Assembly (NCBI GenBank): GCA_011109175.1
Contig: RDEW01000030.1
Location: forward strand, 614,094 to 678,093
Source: Dicyema japonicum
Taxonomy: Eukaryota; Animalia; Dicyemida
Direction of reading: 5' to 3'
DNA length: 64,000 bases
The position numbers and the translations under genes were made by a program. Below are positions 11,514-24,230 of the stretch, one piece after another. How positions within the stretch are numbered: the stretch's first letter is position 1; each line of letters opens with the position of its first letter. The notes under the pieces are model-generated. The model saw only the letters and a program-made list of their open reading frames with translations. It was not told the origin of the DNA and made no database searches.

Positions 11514-14500
11514 TCATCTGATAAAATTTTCACTAATATAAGCGATTGCCATGTCAAACTGCATCCAGCAATAATTGTCTTCTCCTTTCAAAATTGAGTA
11601 TTTGTTAACAAAATTAATATTTGCCATAAGGTTTGGTGGATTCGACTTGCAAATGACGTATATTAATGCAGGAAAGAGAGTATCAGCAGACGTCGTTAAA
11701 TCCTCCATTTTTATTAGAGAACTTATAATTTTGACTGTTCTCACAACACATTTTACTTTTTCCGCCGGAGTCTATTCAAATTATAAAATCAACTTTGTAG
11801 CAGTTAATCATCAACAACTCCTTCTGTGGGAGACACCACGAGAATTTATTAATGTCCTTCAATTCCGGTGGCAGAATAGTGTCGTCTGAAATACAAGCTA
11901 TTTTTTGCCGACATATTCTAAATAAAATAGCAAACTACTCCTCATCTGATGTGTTAGATCCCGGAGGAGACATGGCGTCTGAGTAAACTAGTCCAAAAAC
12001 AATTTGCTGGCTTAAAGTCGACATCATCAATTGGATTTGCTGGGATGCATCTAATATATGCGAGAAAATCTACTCTTAAAGATTTTTTGTATTGTGAGCG
12101 GCTTAAATTTGTCAATATAAGAAGAAATTACAGATGACTAATGTTAAACAACACAAAACCTGGCGTTCGCTGTCGCACACCAAAAAATCATTCGACAAAC
12201 CTTGGAAGAGGTAACTCTGATTTTCGAAGTACCAATTGTAAACCAATGAAATAATACTCAGGTCGCAATATTCATTGAGTCTAATAAATATAATTAATAC
12301 TTTGTATTTAATTTAATTAATTTTTCAATAAAATTTAAATTTTCGATATTTTCAAGCTTCTTGTCCAACAAAAAATAGAGATATTGATTGATTCGTTGTG
12401 AGATTTCATCAATTTGCGCATCCAAACACAAACTAAAAGTAATTTGAAAATTCGACTTATTTTTCTCAGACAAACACAAAATTTGAAGACTTTGTGAAAA
12501 CTGAGTGAACGCTTGAATATCGTCTTGCAAGTCGGCAGAGATTGAATTTATGTTTAGGAGGTGTTTCAAGTTTTTGGTGATAACCCCAGTCTCTAATATT
12601 TGAAAAGAATTTGTGAATTTGGTAGCCAGATCAATCAAATTGAACTCAACCCCAGTCTCAGATTTAACAACTTTCGGCTTGTTGTGATCTTAAATTAGGG
12701 ATATTCTTACCGTCCTCATTCATTTGGACTTCTGGAGACAAAAATGACATAAATTCAAATAAATTATTTTCATTTTGAGGGGAAAAATCCGCCTGATAGG
12801 GAATTGTTGGAGTTGTAGAGGAGTCTGGTTGATTCGCCGGAGAAATATCACGGAATAAGCTGTCCATAAGATTAAAAGTGTCTTAAATTATCACAAATAA
12901 ATACCAGCTTGTGGCTTCTCTGGCCCAAAATTCATCTCAAACAGTTCATTCCCTTGGAAAAGCAGATTATTTCTGGGTTCAGACTGTTTGGGGGTATCCT
13001 TGTCAACGTCTGACGAGCCCTCCAGCGAATTCGCTTGAATTAACTTAAATAATACATTTTTCATCATTTTGCTTAAAATGTGATTTCATACTTTTTAATT
13101 CACTATTTTTAAATTTTTTAAAAATTAAAATATTTTGTTTATTTTTTTCCACTTTATTTATTTTCTTCATTTTATTTGGTTTGAGTTTTTGGGGGATTGG
13201 CCCCAACTTTATCATTATTTCCTCTATTTCCATGTTTTTCCCTTGGCATTTAGCAATCCAGGAAATCTACGATTTATTACACAATTAAACAATTTGTAAT
13301 AATTGGTTATCAGAAATAACGAACACACGTGACAAAGGAACATCATACTCCATCAAAAAGAATTCCTTATTCCCACAAAAGTTCGACAACAGGACCTCAA
13401 TCCTTTCCATTCTCATGAGTAATGAATTTATCATATCAACATTTTCCCGCCCAAACTTTAATCCAAAATCAATCGACTTGAAATAAACTGATCAAACATG
13501 AAGAACGCTTGTTTTATGTTGTACTTTATTAATTCGTCCTCGATTGAGCTATTCATTAGTAATTGGGCCGGAAAAAATTTTGTGGGCATCAAAGCGAACG
13601 TCCACAGCAAATACAGTAATGGAGTCCTGCATTCCTCCAAAAACAGTCCATTTGACTTTATATAACGAAATAAATGTTCTATTGGTATTGGAATTAACTC
13701 AATTGAAGATTCAATTTCAACAAGGAGTAAATTAAATAAATTTAATATTTTATTTAAAGTTTCATTTTCTCTAATTTTTATTTTACATTATGGCAAACCT
13801 TAATTTAATACGTAATTTTTTGTCATCTGACGTTGAATAATAACCAAAATCAAAAAACTGTTCATTTTCAAATAAAATTTGGTTGAAAACAGCAGTCAAA
13901 GCTGACTTTTGGAAGAAGACAACTCCATGTGTGCCTTAGTTTCAATAATAATTAGTACAATTAAATAGAATATAGAAAAACATAGCCAAGTCCTCATTTT
14001 GACCCTTTTTTGGGAATCTGTTGTCGAATATTTTCATTGTAACGCTCACCTCAATGAATTTCAAAATAAAGTCGACGTCCTCCAAATGTGAGAAAGAAGA
14101 GAAAACACATGTAATTAAGATCTTATGAAATTGAAAATTTTACAGAAAAGAAATCGCCGAATTCTTTTCTGTTTATGCTTTTTAATAAAGTTACGGCAAA
14201 ATTGACGTTATTTTTTAAATATTCAAATAAGGAAATAACACAGTTTTGATCAGCAATCGCTTTGTTCGTGTTTTCAATCAGTTCTTCCGGGTTTGTTGGA
14301 TTGCAATTCCAGGAATTTATGTTCTCGAGAAACGCGCTGAAATTGTTGAGACAGTTCAATATTAATATTCTTTTATTACTCAAAATATATTCCTGGTAAT
14401 AAAAATTTACCATTCTGTGGCTGACCTAAGCAATAAAAATAATGAGACCACATAAAATAAATTAAAGTTACATTACCCCTTCTGTTAATTTGCCAATCTC

Positions 14501-14572
14501 CTTTTTCTCGTGGATTATTATTTTGTAATCTCGCTTGATTTGATTTAACTTGTCAATTGAATGAATCGACAT
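11514..14572 (-). CDS. GAPVD1: GAPVD1/RME-6-like protein (RasGAP-like N-terminus, VPS9 C-terminus), many micro-introns
   Basis: C-terminal SADTLFPALIYVICKSNPPNL...GEDNYCWMQFDMAIAYI is a VPS9 domain. The N-terminus MSIHSIDKLNQIKRDYK and later exons are colinear with the GAPVD1 RasGAP region. Not every exon was traced. Confidence 0.8.
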
Positions 14573-14739
14573 CCTTCTGGTTATTTAATAAAAAACTTAA
14601 TATATTCAGGTCAATCTGATTAAAATATTTTCAAATCAAACAATTTTTATTTTATAAATAAATTATTATTTTTAATTTTAATTTTATTATATTGACGAAT
14701 ATCTGTCTGGGCTAAAGTGGATTCAGAAGATAAAGGTCC

Positions 14740-15830
14740 ACGGCGGATATCGTATGGACACATAGATGGATATGCGCCATGACGCAGAGATTCCAGAAGG
14801 CTGTTCACGTACTGGGGTTTATCTCTCCAGAGCGTTCGATACTGTACGCAGAAGGAAACAAATGTTGTTACTTGATACGTTGCTAGACGAAGAAAGTCAA
14901 AGGATGATCCGGGTCGTACTTGCGAACATTGAAATACAAGTCTGGGTCGGTTCAAAGCGATCCCGTAAATTTGAGACACATATTGGCACTCCTCGAGGAG
15001 ATTCTTTATCGCCACCACTATTTGTTTTCTACCTGGAAGCTTCCTTTCGGACGAGCCAAAACTGGACCGACTTCGATCACTAGGCTTATTTACGCGGATG
15101 ATGTAGACTTTGTTTCGGAAGACATAAAAGAGATCAAGACTGTTCTAAATCATGCTCCCGGAGCATTCGCGGGATGTTTCTGAAAATGAAAAAAAAGACG
15201 GAGGTCAAAACTGTTTAAAGAGAAACTCAATTAACAGAGAAATGGAAAAGAACAAAAAAAGTCGGCTCACTCCTCGATGATTGGGAAGATGTTCAGCGAA
15301 GGTCCATATGGCTAAAATATTCACACGTCTCAATACCCATAAAAATGCGTTTATATAATGCAATTATTCTGTTTATTTTGCTGTACAAGTCAGGAACGTG
15401 GGGTTAGGATCATCTTGTATTGAAAGCCCGAATGCTTTTCACAGAAATTAACTGAAATCCATATTAGACATACGCCATCCGAAAGCGATCAGCAACCAAA
15501 ACCTGTACACTATTTGTAAATCTGAAAGCTTGGAGACCACTATAGAGAACACTCGATGAGGATTATTTGGGCATATATTGAGAATGGATCTTGCTGCTCC
15601 AGCAAATGACATCATGGAATCATATTTCTTAAGTACTGTCCTAATTCATGGCAGACCACGGGCAATCCTTCCACTGACCATAAACAATTACCTAAAAATG
15701 TCAAAATGCGACTGGAAAATGCTGATGACTATGACGACCTCCAAAAAATCGCATCTCAAGAAGAGCGTGGAGGCGTCTGACTGCAAAAATTATCCCTGAT
15801 GCGGCACAAACAACGTCAATGGATTGGTCG
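14740..15830 (+). mobile_element. Degenerate RTE-like LINE (RT to C-terminus)
   Basis: LSRAFDTV, GTPRGDSLSP, YADDVDF, GRPRAILP; frameshifted. Confidence 0.85.
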
Positions 15831-16019
15831 GAAAGTTGCGGTGGTGGCACACCTTTGTCGCGATGAATGTCTATTTAGCTTCATCATGGCTGAAAACCTT
15901 TCTTCCTTCTTCACGTAAGCAAGACAAGGTGACAGGCTCAGGAGACATTGGAAACTTGAATTACCTATTAACAATTGCACGTGTAAGATGATAGTTGCAT
16001 GTTGCCAGTAATAACTATT

Positions 16020-16300
16020 ATCCCTCAGGTAGCATAGTGGCCACTCCTGCTGTGATTAGTCCTGAGTTCGATTCTCATATCGCTACCTACCTGGTCGAAG
16101 GATTTGTTCAAATCTTAAGAGGTATCGTGTGATCCGCCAATCTTGTGAGATATCCATTGCCTGTTCGGAATCCAAAAAATCTCTCTCGTCTCTAGTTCAT
16201 TGGAAGGGTTTCCGTAATGGCGAATAAGGATGGACGCCGTGTTTCAACTCACGATAGTAATCGAGGTCACCTGGAGAAGCAATTAGGTTTCAAGGAATTA
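16020..16300 (+). mobile_element. SINE-like family C
   Basis: tRNA-like head gagttcgattctc then cgctacctacctggtcgaagg; second copy at about 51465-51700. Confidence 0.5.
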
Positions 16301-16819
16301 TTATAATCAAATTATTTATAACGCTGGAATTCCTGAGTCTTAAAAAAATTCGATTTCTACACGAACAGGAGATCTCCATGAGCGCTGCTGGATCCTTGGT
16401 GACCCTTTTGATCATTGAGCCGATCTGATAGATTTTTGTTTACCAAATATAAACCTTAATTTTATAATGTAATTATTCCTCCATTAAACTTCATTTTATT
16501 TTATTCTCAGGCACGAGTTTGAGTCGATATTTCGTTTTCCGGTCAATTTCAATATCGAATTTTGCAGATTCCTGGAATTTCTTGATTTGCAATAATTTTT
16601 TATTACCTACAACAAGACCCATTATTATGAGTAACAGCATAGAATCACATAAGCTAGTCACTCCTCCCTCTCTTGTTCGATGACAGGCTCCGCAGACTAA
16701 TGTGGTCTTATCATCCCTTAGTGTTATGTTTACTGTCTCAGGTCAGTCCGGTTACTATTTTAATAAAAAACCGTGTTTTAGCATTCTTCGGACATTTTAG
16801 TACATTCTCAGTTTATCTC

Positions 16820-17580
16820 AGTAAAATAATAAAACCCCAATTTTTGCGAGAGCTATATTACCTATAGCTCCGCCCAGGCAGGACACACAGTTTATTAAAA
16901 TAAAAACACTTATGATAACTAATCATAGAAAAGGAAAACCAAGGAATACTCTTAACTTATTTTTTTGTTGTTGTTAGTTTAGTTAAGTAACCTCGGCATC
17001 ACTAACTTGCAGAAGACCAGTAATGTTAAGTAGGACGCAGCAAATTCAGGTCGCTTCCATAAATCGGTCAGTTTTAGAAATAGACGAACATTTTTATAAT
17101 TCAAGAAATTCAAAAAGGAGATTTATTGTCAAATTGGAAAGGTTGCAAAAGGAACAGAGGACATCTTTTACATCATCTGGTTTACATAGGTAAATTAGTA
17201 GAGATATGGTGCCCACATCGTAGACGAGCCAGTTTACCCAGATTTCCCTTGGATGAGAGGATTCTGATTGATCTATTGGTAGAGGGAGTTGATGTAGTAT
17301 TTTGTTATCATCGAGTCTTCGGATGGTTCTCGTAGAAACATAATCATATATCTGTCTCAGACGACCCCGATCATTGGTGCTGGAAGGGATGGATGATGGC
17401 ATTCGAGAAAGTCACTGGTTGTCATAATAATTTTTATTTTTTGTTTGTGAGTCCGTATAGACGATCCGGTTTCGCAGTGAAGTGTTCGCTGATGACTGCG
17501 TCACTCGTCAATCCAAAGCATCGTAGATGTGTGGAACCTTCAACCGTAATGTACAGCAACGAGATTCAGATTAGGGTACA
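16820..17580 (-). mobile_element. Old SINE A copy split by a LINE 3' fragment (16975-17410)
   Basis: SINE A 3' half at 16820-16975 and 5' half at 17410-17580. The insert encodes LPLPIDQSESSHPRE...LWKRPEFAASYL and ends ccgaggttacttaactaa. Confidence 0.7.
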
Positions 17581-18232
17581 TTTGGGCTTTTTTGCTCGGC
17601 ACTTATTTAAATAATAAATCTCAAAATAATCATAAGGTTCCTAAACTCATCCCTCTGAATAATACAGACTGTCTCAAGTTTTAACTCGGGGACTTCAGTA
17701 ATAATATTATAATTTATCCACGTGGGACTCCGTTATTCAATTTTATTGAGTCCAAAATATAAAATCCGTGTTTCAAAAAAGAATATCTCCCGCGTAAGAA
17801 TTTCTTTATGTGCTATTTTAGTTCCAACAGAGATCGATTTGGGATAGACCGCGTGTTACTATGTAAAAGCAGATTTTCGAAGTCTCTCGCTTTTACCATC
17901 TCTGAGCCTACAGGATCGACCCGGGCGGAAGGCAAATTGTTACTCCCTTAAAAATTTCGCTACTCAATAGGGTCTGACATCATTTTGAAAATAATGGGCT
18001 ACATAATTTTGACAGTAAACCTGAGATGCTGTAGTTTAGTAGATCCTTATTTGATTTTCCAGGTTTCGCTGTCATCAACAATGGAGATCTTCAAACTATT
18101 TGGGCATCACATCATATCTCCATGTATTGATATAGCGATTGTCATCTGTTTGTGTCATAATCTCAAAACCGTCAACCAAGAATAGAGACTGAGTTTGTTT
18201 TTGTAATTTTATTAAAAAAAGCATATCCCTAA

Positions 18233-18545
18233 GCCGGGTTGTTAGGTGTCGGGCTAAAGTGACTTAGGTTACGGGTTCGATTCTCGCTGCTGTTCACCTG
18301 GTGGAAGGTTCCACGCATCTACGATGCCAAAAGGGTTTGACGAGTGACGTTATCATCAGTGGATACTCACTGCGAATTGGATTGTCTAGAAAGGACACTC
18401 ACACAAGAAAAAGAAAAAAAAAGTGAAGATCATTCTTTGGTTCTACGATTAGTTAAAATTAACTGTTCTTTACTTAAATAAAATGTGTGTCCTGCCTATG
18501 CGGAGCTATAAATACTATGGATCTCATGAAAAGGCTGTTATTATT
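18233..18545 (+). mobile_element. SINE family A, 10-bp TSD
   Basis: TSD atatccctaa at 18223-18232 and 18546-18555. Confidence 0.9.
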
Positions 18546-18849
18546 ATATCCCTAACACTTATCCTAAATATGACCCTAAATGCCAATTGAAAAACTTCTG
18601 ATCACTTGTAGATAACTCTGGCTTTTTTAGTGAGTCGATGTTAAAGGGTGAGTGCGAATCTGATTGCGCTCCAATTGGACTCAAGATGGTCCTGATGACT
18701 GTGAAATTGCAGGTGACTAATTCCTTTAACAATATTTGTTCTAAGAAATTCATTCGCAGTAGAATTCATATTTCGCAGTAGTTTTATTTTTTCACGTTTA
18801 TCGGTTTATAATAATGATATCAGTTGTCTTTAATAGGTTGTCCCATTTG

Positions 18850-19015
18850 CTGTTGAGACGTCTGGAATCCTTGACACACAAGCTGGTCTAGTACGTTGGA
18901 TCAGCTCAATGATCAAAAGGGTCACCAAGGAACCACATGAGACTAGATGGCTTCGAGAGGGTATCTTGATAGCTATCGTCAGAGGAAACAGCATGGCCAT
19001 TCAAGCTTCCTAACT
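18850..19015 (+). mobile_element. CRE-clade 3' end
   Basis: AVETSGILD...WLREGILIAIVRGNSMAIQAS*. Confidence 0.7.
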
Positions 19016-19109
19016 TAAAAAATTTCTAATTTTTTATTAAAAAATAAAATAATTAAATAATATAGAAGTGTAAATTTAAACATTGAATAGATAAATTTAT
19101 TCCAAAAGA

Positions 19110-19900
19110 CCATAAGAAAAGACCAGAACTAGACCCAGCTTCCTTCAGGCCTATTTCTCTCTTATGCTCCATGTCAGAAATTCTGGAAAAGCTTATCCTC
19201 GCAACAATCACTGAAAGGACCTCCGATAAACCGTTCCTGCATGGTTTCAAAAAGGATAGGTCCACAACAAGATTCCTCACATCTCTGACTAAGTTTATTC
19301 GCTCTGGATTTCTGTACAAACCAAGACACCAGGAAACTGTGTTATGCTTACTAGAGGTCCAAAAAGCTTTCGACTCTGTGCCGAGGAAGAATCTAACATG
19401 GAAAATCTACCAATCAGATATCCATGAAAACCTCAAACGCTGCCTGACAAACTTCCTTAGTGGATGGAGAGGTAGAGTGTGCATTGGAAACATTCATTCT
19501 GTCTCCCGTTTATTTCCAAATGGAGTACCCCAGGGCTCGCCGTTATCACCATTCCTATTCAATTTATTTACAGCTGACATTCCGACGCCGAATGGAGAAG
19601 ACGACCTGCTTCTGGCTTATGCAGACGATATCGTCTTAGCCTCACAGGATCAGAACACCCAAACGGTGACGGAAAGAATACAACACCACATGGATCGACT
19701 ATCCGCAACCTAGAAAAGGGCCTTCAAACTAACCGAGAGATGGTATACAGGGGAAAACATTAAATCACCGACGCCCATGGAAAAACTAATCGAAAAAAAA
19801 CAAAAATGTACACAAATGCCAAAAAGGAAGTGCTCGCCCGCAACGAACATGTGTAGGCTCAAGGGATCAACACCGAACAAAGATGAGAGCCTTGATCCAA
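19110..19900 (+). mobile_element. I/Jockey-like RT fragment
   Basis: KAFDSV, GVPQGSPLSPFLFN and YADD in ORF 19171..19713. Confidence 0.9.
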
Positions 19901-20149
19901 TTCGTCGGATCATTTAGTTTAGTTTTTCGGTTTAACAGTGGTCTTTGGATTTAATTTAATTTAATTTTTAATTTTAACTATGCGATCCTGAAAAGTTCCA
20001 ACAGAGCCCTCAACTTGGCTCTATGTTCCTGTCTTGAGCCTACACAAGCCCTTGATGGATGGAGAACTGCCAGGTCACAGTGCAGCAGCACCCTCCACCG
20101 TTTAAACTATTTATGGTCCTCAGAGTGTTTAAGCAGTGATGTGTGTAAT

Positions 20150-20360
20150 AAAATAATAAAACCGCACTTTTCGCAAGGCCATACTGCCTATAGCTCCGCC
20201 CAGGCAGGACACACATTTTATTAAAATAAAAAACAGTTATTATAACTAATCCTTGAAAGAAGACATATAGATGATCCGATTCCGTAGTGCAGCTAGATTC
20301 GAACCAGGGATTATCAAGCCTTTTAGCCTGGCAGAATGACACCGTGCTATCTCGGCATGT
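20150..20360 (-). mobile_element. Old diverged SINE A copy
   Basis: tagctccgcccaggcaggacacac and the B box ttcgaacc are retained. Confidence 0.65.
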
Positions 20361-20407
20361 GTTTGGTGGATTAATAATAATAAAATTACTCCCGTTTATT
20401 AAAGAAA

Positions 20408-21422
20408 TCAAAGCTTATTAAAATTAACAAAATAACTATAGGGGGATGACTATATTCGACGCGAAATGGATAATATTCATGTTTAAATTCAAGATCTCTT
20501 CTCCTTCTGATCACATAAATATATATCAATACTAAAATAATGAGAGATGACTTACCAAAGGTCATTGCTGTAATGACTATAACTATCAATACTTTTGAGA
20601 ATACATTCGTTACAACCACATCACTATTAATACATTTAATTTCATATTCAATGTCATAACCTTGCTGAGTAGTCACATATAGATGTAATCCATCCTCTAT
20701 TGATTTTGAATTTATCTTCAGTTTTAAAGTATCTGAAATGTTAAGTAAATGAACCATTAACAACACTACAGTTACGTATTCCATTGTAGCACAATTTCAG
20801 TCTCTTGAAGGTCCCCTGAACCACAACAAATATAAATGATGATTCTTTAACTATTGATTTTATTATTCTTGGAATTTCTATTAAATTTAATTATGTTACT
20901 TATTTTTTTGGTTAAATTATTATTCTTAATAATTAATTCACTTCCACTCTCAATTTGACATTTGCTACTGCATTTTGACGCGCTTTTGAATAGATTTACA
21001 TTTTCAATGTAATAATCATATTTTGGGTTATTCCTTATGCAATATTTGATTCTGTTATCCTCATTTATCGCTAAAACTTTGATATTCTCTAAATATTAAT
21101 AAAATATATTACCTAATCTAATGATTTCAAATGAACAATTATCAGCGTATGTAGCACAACAAAGAGTTCCTTCAAAGCGGTTGATATCAAGATGATTACA
21201 AATTGAATTTTCCAGACAAACTTGATTATATAGCTCTACTTACTTCTTCCTTCGTAGTCTTCGTTATATTTGTACATCTGACACTGACAGTTTACAAAAT
21301 ATTCTTTGGAGAATATTGGGTATTCGTTAAGGAAACTCATAAATCTATGAATATCTGTGATATTTATATGTAATACTTTCACATTTAGTAGAGATAACAA
21401 ACAGTACAAGCACACAGTACAT
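20408..21422 (-). CDS. Orphan Cys-rich type I membrane glycoprotein (about 290 aa), micro-introns
   Basis: Removing 22-24-nt GT-AG introns gives one open frame: signal MYCVLVLFVISTKCE, Cys-rich ectodomain with sequons, TM VLIVIVITAMTFVLIYIYVI, then RRRR. Confidence 0.75.
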
Positions 21423-21719
21423 TTGAATTGCTGCGCTATTTTATTATTATATGCACAATTCCACGAAATTGACACTATTCGTTATAAATTTTATATTCGA
21501 TAAAAAAGGTAATAATATATATATAAAAATAAAATAATATTTCCAAATCTATTAATATTTTATTTAATATGGAACGCCACGTGCATCGACTCCCTTTATC
21601 CTTCGGGCAGCGTCGTGAGTGCGGTAGACACATTGTACCCCAGAAAGCTGAAGGGAAGAAGTAGCAAGGGTTCTTGTACTGGTTCACGGTATTGTTGCTT
21701 AGACATAAGTCCTCCAAGA

Positions 21720-21815
21720 AACTGGGAATTCTGGTTACACTCAGAAGCCGTACGTTAAACTCAGTTGCTCTCTATCGTGTCATGCGAGGCAACGCTGCGG
21801 GGATCAATTAAAAAA
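21720..21815 (+). mobile_element. CRE-clade 3' end
   Basis: ...MRGNAAGIN* followed by an A-rich tail. Confidence 0.5.
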
Positions 21816-22149
21816 TAAAACATATTTTTTTTAATTTTTATAGTATAATAACCAGTATTATTTTAATTTATTCAAAATCATTATGATTCCATAATAAATA
21901 GATTTTCAAGCTAAAACTGTAAAGATTAGTAGATTATATGAGCTTCACGATCTTTTTGTGACAGACACACAACCCTGCTTAGAACAGGGGTTACCAAACT
22001 AGCCCGTCGAGTATTGTTTGAAATAATAAATATACGTATAAATTCGAGTTAGATAAACTTTAACTATCGTGATCTATTTCCATACTCTATAATTTACATC
22101 AAATCTGTATATCAGGCAGAACGTGTACCAGAGAATGGTCATCGCCAAT

Positions 22150-22980
22150 CTTGAAATTAGTGAAGTTGGAGAGGCTCTTTAGATATATATTAAGAATAAG
22201 CCTGTGAACTATATCTAATGTGGCCATGAAGGACTTCTATACACTTCACGAATAAGTAGACTATCAAAAACTAGTTTACCGATATTTTTGAAGGGAAACC
22301 TCCGGAAGATTTAGAGGAGAAACTTAGTTTACTTATGACAGGAACATAGATATTTCTTATAACGTCCCTTTCTTTTTCGTCCTCACAACATGGATTCAGA
22401 AGGGGTATTCAACTCTCTAACACCCACCTAACTTCTCTCAACCAATTTATCATTGAAGGTTTTAACACAAATCCTCGTCACCTCAAAACAGTCGTTTGCT
22501 CGATCGATTTACAAAAGGCCTTCGAGTCTGTCTCAAGGAAAATCCTAACCCGGAAATTGTTTGCCTCCCCGTCAACCCCAATATAAAACTTTGGCTTGCT
22601 AACTTCATCAATGGAAGAAGTGCCCGGGTATACATGGATGGGACCAAATCAATTTCAAGATTATTACCCAATGGTGTCCCACAAGGTTCCCCTTTATCAA
22701 CCGCCTTATTTAACTTATCATGTCCGATTTACCACAACCCGATAATAAAGGCGATTTCATCCTATCATATGCTGATGACTTATTAGTCGGATCCCGCGAT
22801 CAAGATATCCCAATGGCATCAGAAAGACTGCAAGAATACCTTCACAAAATTCAAATTTTGGCTAAGTTATAACCGGCTTGATATATCTACTGAAAAATCT
22901 TCTTCGTCATTATTTACCTCAGACAAACGACTTGGACAAATGACAGACAAAAAGTCCTTTTACGAAGAAACTGAAAATCG
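22150..22980 (+). mobile_element. I/Jockey-like RT fragment
   Basis: QHGFRRG, NGVPQGSPLS and YADD-like motifs. Confidence 0.85.
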
Positions 22981-22984
22981 GAGA

Positions 22985-23318
22985 CCTTTGTTTATGTTCT
23001 CAACTCTGCCAATACTTCCTGGAATCAAAAAGAGAGATTCCATTCTCAAAGAATTGAGAAAACACGGAATTTAACATTGAAGCCAGCTTACGGAATAAAT
23101 CCTCGTATGCCGATTTCCTTATGGTTGAAAGGAAGTATGTGCAGGCTTGACGGAAACTATCGGAAATCTTATTTGAGGTTTCAAAATCCCCAAAAAAGTA
23201 TCTGGGACTTATCTTCAAGGATTACCTGTGTTTGATTAATTTCTTTGGAAGACTCTGTGTAAAAGTTGGTTGCCAAGCCCTATGTATTACTTCCTCTTAG
23301 CTTAATCACCAGTGTTTT
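22985..23318 (-). mobile_element. Family D repeat, second copy
   Basis: Reverse complement of 10297-10640. Confidence 0.8.
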
Positions 23319-23319
23319 T

Positions 23320-23640
23320 AAAGCCTATTCACGAGAGCCATAGTATTTATAGCTCCGCATTGGCAGGACACACTTTATTTAAGTAAAGAACAGTTAATTT
23401 TTAACTAATCGTAGAACCAAGGAATGATCTTCACTTTCTTTTTTTTTCTTGTGTGTGGGTCCTTTCTAGACAATCCAGTTCCGCAGTGAGTATCCACTGA
23501 TGACGGCTTCACTCGTCAAGCCCTTTCTTAGCATCGTAGATGCATGGAACCTTCCACCAAGTGAACAGCAGCGAGAATCGAACCCGTAACCTAAGTCACT
23601 TTAGCCCGACACCACTATGCCCACTGTGGGCATAACCACT
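23320..23640 (-). mobile_element. SINE family A, rearranged head
   Basis: Body nearly identical to other copies; the head carries a short duplication (accactatgccc twice). Confidence 0.88.
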
Positions 23641-23714
23641 ATGCCCCACTAAATTAATTTAGTAATTAAATTAACTATTGGTGTTCTTGGGTTAATAATA
23701 ATAATTAGTTAAGT

Positions 23715-24230
23715 TATAGTTGTGTGAGCCAAACCCTGGGGATGTCGAGCCAACTGGACCAGCTAGGATAGTTCAACTGAATGTAAATGGAATCAAGAGT
23801 AAAACACATGAACTTCGGGCCTATTTGGAGAAACACCGCATCGACATATTATTACTTCAAAGAATCAAAACTTTCTGCCATCTATGCAACACAGATTCTT
23901 AGGATTCACTGTCATTCGCCGTGACAGACGTGGAAAACTTGGCGGAGGTCTTCTTACTGTCATTCGTAACGAAATCTCGTACGAGGATATCAGTGACTAT
24001 GTCTACACTATGCTCCATGACTGTGGAAATCTCGAACTTGTGGTAATCAAAAATCCGATTCCCTAGACTTTCTATAACATTAGTCAAACATCTCTTTCTT
24101 TTAAGTTCCTGCTGCTCCCGTGCTCCCAGATTCTCATGGAAAGATGTGATTATTTGTAATGACTTCAGTGCGAAGCATCCATTATGGCTGGCAAGACAAG
24201 CCCATGACAAAATGGGAAGATGTTAATTTA
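23715..24230 (+). mobile_element. AP-endonuclease of a non-LTR element
   Basis: IVQLNVNGI, DILLLQ, RRDR..GGGLL and DFSAKH motifs. Confidence 0.8.
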
